Part shown: one piece after another, positions 37,002-45,036 of the stretch
Layout of the letters: every line of letters begins with the position of its first letter
How positions within the stretch are numbered: position 1 is the first letter of the stretch
Position numbers and translations under genes: made by a program
Source: Octopus bimaculoides
Lineage: Eukaryota
Direction of reading: 5' to 3'
NCBI RefSeq assembly: GCF_001194135.2
Contig: NC_068985.1
Location: forward strand, 120,210,655-120,255,690
Length of the DNA stretch: 45,036 nt
The notes under the pieces: model-generated
What the model was told of the DNA's origin: nothing
The model's input: only the letters and a program-made list of their open reading frames with translations
Database searches by the model: none

Positions 37002-37026
37002 ATGTGGTAAATTTTGTATTTTCGTC

Positions 37027-37081
<55 letters not shown>

Positions 37082-37130
37082 ATTATTATTATTATTATAA
37101 TAATTATTATTATTATTACTACTACTATTT
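37027..37130. repeat. (TAT)n trinucleotide microsatellite at the Helitron 3' side
   Basis: Direct reading. Confidence 0.95.
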
Positions 37131-40100
37131 TATCTTTTGACTTTTGATTTGTATGTATACAAGTTGGCTCCAAGTCTCACACAGAGACCTCAAGAGACAA
37201 CAAGTTAGAAGTTAATGTTGGTATTTTGCCTAGTGACATATATTTGGTTTTGTACATAGTATTGTTCTAGAGAATGTTTAAGAAAACATAAGAAAATTAT
37301 GTAGACAGTATTTTACGTAGGATATGGGCAGTTCCCATGACCATTATCTTTTGAATCTCTGCCATTTTTGAGGTTTCCTGGTATCTGAGCTATGTAGCAA
37401 TCAGCCCCTTCTGCTATCATTGCTAGGTCACCTAAGAAAACAGATATTGTTTTAGTGTTCAGGTTCCAATTTCTATTTCAAGATCTTTATATTGCTCAGT
37501 AATTTTATTACTATTATTATTATTATTATTATTATTATTATGATTATTGGATTATGAATTCAGAATTGATTTCCCATTCGAAGAATGAATTGTATCCCAA
37601 CTGAAGAATAAATTGAATTTAGAATAACAAATTTCTATATAACATAATTTGCTTTTTCTTCCAATATATATAGAACAATTCCATTCCCACGTATCGCCGG
37701 GTGCCTCTGCTAATATGTGTGTGCGCATATATACATATATGTAAATGCGTATGTACCTTCTCATATCTGACGATGATATGTAGTTGTAGATGTCAGATAT
37801 CCACATTTTATCCCAGAATGAAAAACTAAATATTTTGACTCAATCCCGAAAGAACCAATCCCAATTTACTTGTACTAGCAAAATCAACGGTCTTTATTCT
37901 TTTCTTCAAAGCTTTGGATATGGAAATACAGTAAATGATGAACATTAAGAAAACATTTGGGAGAAGTTGAAAGAACCAGAAACTTCAACGTGGAACTATG
38001 AAGATTTACCGTCACAGTATTTACGTGTTTATCTATTCCAATTATAGAGAAAAACGAATGTAGGAAACATGGAAAAATATATTTTGAGCACTTTTATATT
38101 CCGAAATTTCTAAAATTATTTTTAAGTTCTTAAAATCCGAAAGAAAAAGAAAATATTATATAATTATACAGATAATATAGAAAATGTTTTCTGTAAAAAA
38201 AAACAAAAAGAAAATCCCGGTAAACTGGCCAAAAATATTATTCCTTTTTCATTCAAATTTTCCTAAGGAATTTAAAGTATTTTGTCTTTGTAGATTTGCT
38301 TTTACTACTTTTTAAAAATCTTTTTTCATAACTCAACTAGGTTATAGAATGTTTCTGACTGGGTGTATCTAAATCAACAAGGTTATCGAAATATATCTTT
38401 CACAGAATGTTATTCTGGTTCCTCTTTTTTTTTTATAAAAGTTATGTTCGAGTGGTGTAATATCATAACATTTTGGCAATATTTAAAAGGAAGGTTGTAC
38501 AAATACATTAAGTTAATAATCAATATCTCAAAAAGAATACAATGGGTCTAGTGGCAGCAAAGTTCTGTTGCTGTTTATATTGTTGACAGGTGATTGACTG
38601 CCATTTATTAACATATTACTATATCTGCTAGTGTCTAAGTTATTAACACTCGAATATTTCGTTTTATTATTTGCTACCACCTTATGCAGCCAATTCGCCG
38701 AGTCTTCAGAACTTTAGATAAGTTGCTTAGAGCTACTTTTCCGACGAACTGTGTTCAAAAACTGCTGAAGTTAACTTTGCTTTTCATTATTTTATTGTTC
38801 ATAAATAAAGGACTGTTCCTATACTTGGGTTGTTCTCTGTCTTTGTTCCCCTCTTCGTATCTCTGTCTCTGTTTGAACGAAATAAGCTATGGCTTAAGAA
38901 GGAGTGTCCTACTCAAGTCAAAAATTCCCATAACATGCCTTGTCATAACGGCTCCCTACTAGTTCATAAGCCACACCCTACTAACTACTTCAGACATCTA
39001 ATTTCGAATTACAATTCTCATTTAAGTGTTTTATAATTTTTTAGATGTTCATCGTGTCCTTTGTTGGTGTTCTTAGAACAATCATAAAACCGCAACTGTA
39101 TTAATGGTCCTAAGAAACTTCATATCATTTTATAAAATCTTTCATCAAATAATGAAAATGGCTTTAATTTCTGGCCATTTGTCGAAGGTTCCCTCCTACC
39201 TCATTTCTTTAATGACATCTACGTATAGCAACATCAAAGCGATAAAGAACGATGTACCTCAGATACAGATACGATATTTGTTAAAATTAGTCAAATCACA
39301 CAGTTTATTTTGCAAAATATAGCGTATTAAATAATTCACTTATTCACTAAAACAATCAATATTATTAAAATAATTGCATAATTTGACACAGTGGAATATT
39401 GTCCTTTCGCTTTTAAATCATTTCTTAATGTTTTGGTATTTGTCAAGAATACTCCGCCTCCCATTAGTCTATTTGATTAGTGTTAGCATACATTTTTAAT
39501 AATTTTGAAATACCATCTAAGTGCAGAGCCATGTCTGGATATATATATANNNNNNNNNNNNNNNNNNNNNNNNNNNNNNNNNNNNNNNNNNNNNNNNNNN
39601 NNNNNNNNNNNNNNNNNNNNNNNNNNNNNNNNNNNNNNNNNNNNNNNNNNNNNNNNNNNNNNNNNNNNNNNNNNNNNNNNNNNNNNNNNNNNNNNNNNNN
39701 NNNNNNNNNNNNNNNNNNNNNNNNNNNNNNNNNNNNNNNNNNNNNNNNNNNNNNNNNNNNNNNNNNNNNNNNNNNNNNNNNNNNNNNNNNNNNNNNNNNN
39801 NNNNNNNNNNNNNNNNNNNNNNNNNNNNNNNNNNNNNNNNNNNNNNNNNNNNNNNNNNNNNNNNNNNNNNNNNNNNNNNNNNNNNNNNNNNNNNNNNNNN
39901 NNNNNNNNNNNNNNNNNNNNNNNNNNNNNNNNNNNNNNNNNNNNNNNNNNNNNNNNNNNNNNNNNNNNNNNNNNNNNNNNNNNNNNNNNNNNNNNNNNNN
40001 NNNNNNNNNNCTTATATACATTTATATATATATGTACATATATACATATATATATATATGTATATATATTTTCAGAGATGGCCATATGTTTGGCAACATG

Positions 40101-41825
40101 TAAATAATACATTGAAGGAGTAACCAAAAGATAATCAATCGTTTGACATACTAAACGTTCATAAACAACAACAAAAGCAAGGAAACGTAATAGAGACAAT
40201 GGAGTTAACACTACTGGTACATCCCTTTCTTCTTTTATTTATAAAATTAACGTGTGTGATAAAAAAGAAATCAACGTCTATACACACACTATTGCAAAAT
40301 GTTTGATTAATTTTCGCACCTTCCCCACGACACTAGTATCACATTTGATGATGAAATAGTGAAATTTTCATAATTTCTAAAAATTGTTCTAAAAATTTAA
40401 ACCACATATAGAGGAACAATAAAGTTCAAGATATATTCGTTAGAACAGAATTAGTTTTGAAATGTAGTTAATTTTATTCTGAAAAGCGATTTTAAGCATG
40501 TATAAACAACAACAATTACGAGAAGACATAATGGAGGCGATGGTGTTAACATGAGTTTCACCTACTTGTAGTTATAAAATCTTAGCCGCAGCCACTCAAC
40601 TGTTATCTTGCACCACAGAAAGACGGGCATGCAAGGTTAGAAACGACTGTTCTGAAATATTTGTGCTTAATATAAATGTTGATTAAATTGAATTGGAGAT
40701 AAAATAATAGTAAAGCTAATTTAAACAACCTAGCTTTTTTTTTTATCAATAATGATAATCACTGAATCGTTTGAGCTAGCTGTTAACTGTCATGTATGAA
40801 ACAAAATAAATATAAACAGCACCAATATAAAACAGAGACTTTCATGATAGAATAACGCTGTATAAATTATTCGTTGCACTGTTGTACAAGAGATCTCCGT
40901 TTTAAGAACATCTTTCAGACTCTTCTACTTCTTCAATTACGTCAGTGTACCGTTTTTTCCCTACCGAACTCTTCAGCAAAAATCCAACCTGTAACACGCG
41001 CGATTAATTTTTTGGGAATGAAGATCAGTGTGATCGTCCTTAACAGGTGTTTATCTAATTTACATAATACAAAAGGGGATTTTAGTTTTTGGCAGTTTAG
41101 TCAGAGTTGGAGGAACAACGCCCTCGATTTGTTATTTATGGCTTCAACGACTAGCAGGATTATGGGAGGAATTTATGTTCAAACAGGAGAGCTGGTACAA
41201 ATACATACAACAGAAGGAACTGGGCCTAAAACACTGCATGTCATTGCAAAATGCTTGTTTAGTCTTTAATTGCCCGCTTATTAAGTCTATTATCCAAGAA
41301 CTTTAAACATAAAGAACCGAAACAGGTATTATTATGCATTGCGTATGACGATCTTACACCTTCACCAATCCATCGCCCTTGAATAGTAAATTTTTTGATC
41401 AACTCAAAAGGAATGAAACGCCAAATTTGACCTTAGAGGCATTGGAACATAGATTGCAAAGACCCGATAGAAACGACCGCAATGTAATTGTCCCATTCTC
41501 TAACGAGTCGGCTATTTTCTTGAGATGACGGACTATCAAGTAATCTAGTTGTTGCAGGTGGTGGTGGAGGGGGGGGCAGAAAATAAATCAGTTTTTGAAA
41601 GGGTGTTGCATTTCAGGTGAGAAAGCAATTGGAACACGCTTATTCATGGCGATGCAGAAGTGAACTAGTTTTACATGTAATCTGATGTTACGTCAATCGC
41701 AAAAATTTCGTCTACAAAGTTTTATGGTGACAATTGAAAGACATCTGTATTTCAGCTGCCTCAGAAATCTTCAGCGTATGCGTGCATATATACATAGATA
41801 TATAGATATAGATATATTAATATTA

Positions 41826-41870
<45 letters not shown>

Positions 41871-41871
<1 letters not shown>

Positions 41872-42733
41872 TGATCAATAAGTATACAGACTGTTCCCAT
41901 AGTAACGAAGCTAAAGTACGCAGAGTAAACTAGCTTGGCACGGATTGACCTTGAACTCTGCTGTGCATGCGCACTAGGTTTTAACGTTGTAGCTCACTTC
42001 CGCTGTTTACAGCAGTGCTTTGAAGGAAAGTGTGCAGCGTGTGATCGTCTCGTTGACCATGACAAAGTTGAGCAGTGTATCAGCATCAGATTTTGCACAA
42101 AGCTCGGTGATACCTGCTCAGAGACCAATGCAAACTTCTCAAAGGTTTTCATCGTTTTCGACGCAATCAAGGAGATCTTGAAACTCGATTGTCTATTTGG
42201 TCAGCTGAAAGCAGTTTTGCACATACTTGGGAGATGCGCGTCTCATACTTAAATCTTCAGAGATAATGGACTGAACTGAGCCGTAACTAATCTGCACATC
42301 CCCTAACTCACGGATGGGGATTAGACGTTCGCACCTCACAGCTGCACGCACATCTGCGATATTTTTCTCAGTTCTGCTGGTTGCGAGTCTCTCAGAACGT
42401 TCGTCAATATCAACATTTTTCGGCCATCTAGAAAACGTCTGAATCACTCGTACACTTGTGTGAAGCGCATACATTCATCTCCATATACTTTCTGCAATGT
42501 TGCGTAGGCCCCTGAGCAGGTATTGCCATGATAACTTTCTCCGTCATGATCAGTCCCACGATCACACGCTGCACACGTTCTTTCCAAGCACAGCTATAAA
42601 CTGGAAGTGAGTCAGAGCGTTAAAACGTAGTGCTTTTGCACAGAAGAGTTCAAGATCATTTTGTATCACGCAGTTTTACGTTGCGTGCTTTAGTTTCATT
42701 ACTATAACAACATATTTATTGATCAGACCTCGA
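41871..42733. mobile_element. Mariner derivative made of two converging 5' ends (long diverged inverted arms)
   Basis: The left arm ctgatcaataagtat... is mirrored by ...atttattgatcagacctcg. The plus strand encodes the N-terminus EQCISIRFCTKLGDTCSET; the minus strand encodes TCS.AYATLQKVYGDECM..VYE..DERSER..TSRTEKNI...FQDLLDCVENDENL. Confidence 0.85.
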
Positions 42734-42968
42734 ATATATATATAGTCAATTCAAAAACTAGAGAAAAAAAAAAGAAGAAAAAGGAAAAAAAGAAACAAAC
42801 GTGAGCATGAAGCACAAACAATGTATTAATATGACGCTCGGTAAATTGTAATAATGAGGTAAAACTAGCTAGTAATATTTTGAAATAACTGAATAAGCAC
42901 GTTTCAGCTTTGCGTAATATATCACAGGAAATGCAACCATTACGTAAATCTTCCTAACTTAAAGTGAT

Positions 42969-43640
42969 TCAAATTATGAAGAAATTGCTGGAAACGTTTA
43001 TGGTCCATTCAAGTAGTGAGTTCTTGTTGAGTGAGTTGTATCCAGGTATGGATGGCTTATCTGGCATTCCTTCAAGAAATCTGTCCAGACTCCGTTTAAA
43101 GGTTATGCGATCCTTTTCCTCTTTGATTCGTTTTGGGACAATCTTAAACAGGGTAGGGCCTGTTGAGGAAAAGAAATTATGCTGCAGTGTACCTATATGT
43201 TGTGATCCTGAATTGGGCAGGGGACGCATGGCCCCTTGTCCCAGCCTTGGATGAACCTTGAAGCTAACGTTCATATCGTTTGGATGATGCTGGCGGTATA
43301 TTCTCCACGTCGTACAAATGATGTACCGCTCGCGGCGGCGCTGGAGAGAGCAGAGTTTCAAGGCTTTAAGGCAGTCCCAGTAATCGAGATCAGTCATGCC
43401 TTCAATTCGTTTAGTGAGTGCCATCTGGGGTGATTTAACCCTTGAGATATTTCGCTTTGTATGGGGAGGCCACAAAGGGCAGCAGTATTTGATGTGTGGC
43501 CGTACAAAGGAGGAGAAACGCGGAATGATGACACCTTGTTCTCTGGACCAGAAGGTTCTTAAGATCCAGGAGCTCATCCTACAAGCTATATTGACCTTAT
43601 TATTGATGTGGGCACTCCAATCGAAATTGTTATCAACAAT
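42969..43640 (-). mobile_element. 5'-truncated CR1/L2-group LINE, RT C-terminal region in one open frame
   Basis: ORF WSAHIN...WILRTF..R...FVRPHIKYCCPLW...TKRIEGM..LDYWDCLKALKLCSLQRRRERY...FKRSLDRFLEGMPDKP..PGY. Confidence 0.9.
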
Positions 43641-44987
43641 TACACACTCACACACACACGTATATATCGTACATTATTTATATTTGACGGATATTTGTCC
43701 TCATCTTGTTTGTTGTTAATAATGTAAATGATGTAAATAATGTACATGATTCCTCATCCTCTTAAATATAGAACTGTAACATATATATTGTGTTTGTATA
43801 TTTCTTAATTTTGTGATCCTTTTGTATATGCACGTGATTACTTATACTGATACTATGGGTGCAATATGAGTGTACCCGTGTGCGGCAGGCATGCGACTTT
43901 GTATGTAATATTTACTGTGAAGTAGTAAGCAACCAACTCAGACTACTATGTTCCGCTCGTAAAGAATACAACCTTCGACTCATATCTCACTCTTTTACTC
44001 ATTCACCCTTTTCTTCTTACCTGACAAGTCCACCCAACTCCCACTCCTAAATATTTGAACTCTTCCTTTCGTTTTTTTCTTTTTCTTGACCGCTCCATCT
44101 CTTCTAAAATCTTTCGTTTTATTCTGTATAAACGTTTACGCATGGGTGCGCCAAAGTATATGTTTACTGCAGACATAGTACAGTTTCCTCAGCTTATTAT
44201 TCACAAAGGCCTTTCCCATAAAGTCGGTATCCATCTACACTAACCGCCCTCTTTTCCTCACTCATTTTCTTCATTCTTACCCACTCTAGACACTTCCCCA
44301 CTCACATATTATTTGACCTCTTCCTTCACTTTTCTTACTGACCATTTTATTTCCTCAAACATTTGTTTTTTTAATTTGCTCATTTTTTAACTTGTTCATT
44401 TGGCTGCACTACTCATTTCAAATCGTATATTCGGTGAGTTAACATGGGATTCCTTAGCAACAGTAAAAAAAAAACCCAACCTAAAATAGTGTTGCCACTC
44501 TGATCAGAGAAACCTTTATAACCATATCCATGTATAATGCTTACACCTTCTCTTTCCTTAGAAGTGATTACCCCTTATAATATAACCACTAGATAAGAGA
44601 CAATAAAATTAGAGACAGTTAGAATTCTACCTAGAATTAATTACTAGCCTGCTAGCCTTGGCTATGTCAAGATGGATTTTTATGTATTCTTCTTCACACT
44701 TGGATTTTAATGTTGCCACAATTATATGTCTATCCCACTGTAATTTTCTACATCATTGTGCAGCTGAAAAATGCTCTACATATTGCATTTAATGTAATTC
44801 TCGCATTACTTAAGTAAATGGAGTAGCATGAAACGTGCGTACTGCAGTCATCTTTAAAATCCGTGTTGCATATGTTGACTTCTTGATCACCTTGCTTTCA
44901 GAATGGTTTTTGGATAATACCATACTATATTCTGGTGCCTAAACATAAGTACCATATTCAAATTTTGAATCTAAATCTACATCTTAT

Positions 44988-44988
<1 letters not shown>

Positions 44989-45036
<48 letters not shown>
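44989..45036. repeat. (CA)n microsatellite
   Basis: Direct reading. Confidence 0.97.

Noticed and set aside
37690-37712. TCGCCGGGTGCCTCTGCTAAT resembling a Helitron 3' end
   Set aside because: No convincing hairpin or CTRR, and it is 700 nt from the helicase remnant with unrelated DNA between.
12524-40211. Many long ORFs in the track (e.g. 12524-13627, 15067-16071, 17316-18095, 22605-23336, 39464-40211) and YI/CV/HT-repeat ORFs
   Set aside because: They are N gaps or dinucleotide repeats that simply lack stop codons.
41101-41170. SELEEQRPRFVIYGFND*QDYGR, weakly similar to the ADF-H/GMF motif ERQPRFIVYSY...DDGR
   Set aside because: Under 20 residues, contains a stop, and the similarity does not extend on either side.
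43900-44420. Pyrimidine-skewed stretch with EEFKYLGV on the minus strand, suggesting a LINE remnant
   Set aside because: A single short motif; I could not recover a collinear series of RT or endonuclease motifs.
1-45036. CRISPR arrays, rRNA, operons or other prokaryotic systems
   Set aside because: No repeat-spacer arrays or dense coding blocks; the sequence is eukaryotic, repeat-dominated DNA.

Overview
AT-rich eukaryotic DNA full of microsatellites, with 11 assembly gaps. The SINE families and repeat style suggest an octopod/coleoid cephalopod (inference). I recognise no intact protein-coding gene, and almost all long ORFs in the track are microsatellite or N-gap artefacts. The window is a graveyard of decayed mobile elements: (i) a minus-strand Gypsy (Gmr1-type layout) LTR retrotransposon at ~3662-6679 with two LTR copies, a perfect tRNA-Pro primer-binding site and a polypurine tract, in which most of RT/RNase H is replaced by an intron-less fragment of the host gene DNAJC25; (ii) a Naiad-like Penelope element; (iii) a Helitron Rep/helicase remnant; (iv) two mariner remnants, one built from two converging 5' ends; (v) RTE and CR1/Jockey-group LINE fragments; (vi) many tRNA-derived SINEs. 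Unexplained structures include a 111-nt near-perfect hairpin next to a stand-alone tRNA-Thr-like Pol III unit, a ~166-bp higher-order satellite, and a 50-nt identical repeat carrying a micro-inversion. All protein assignments come from my own reading of hand translations, not from database searches.
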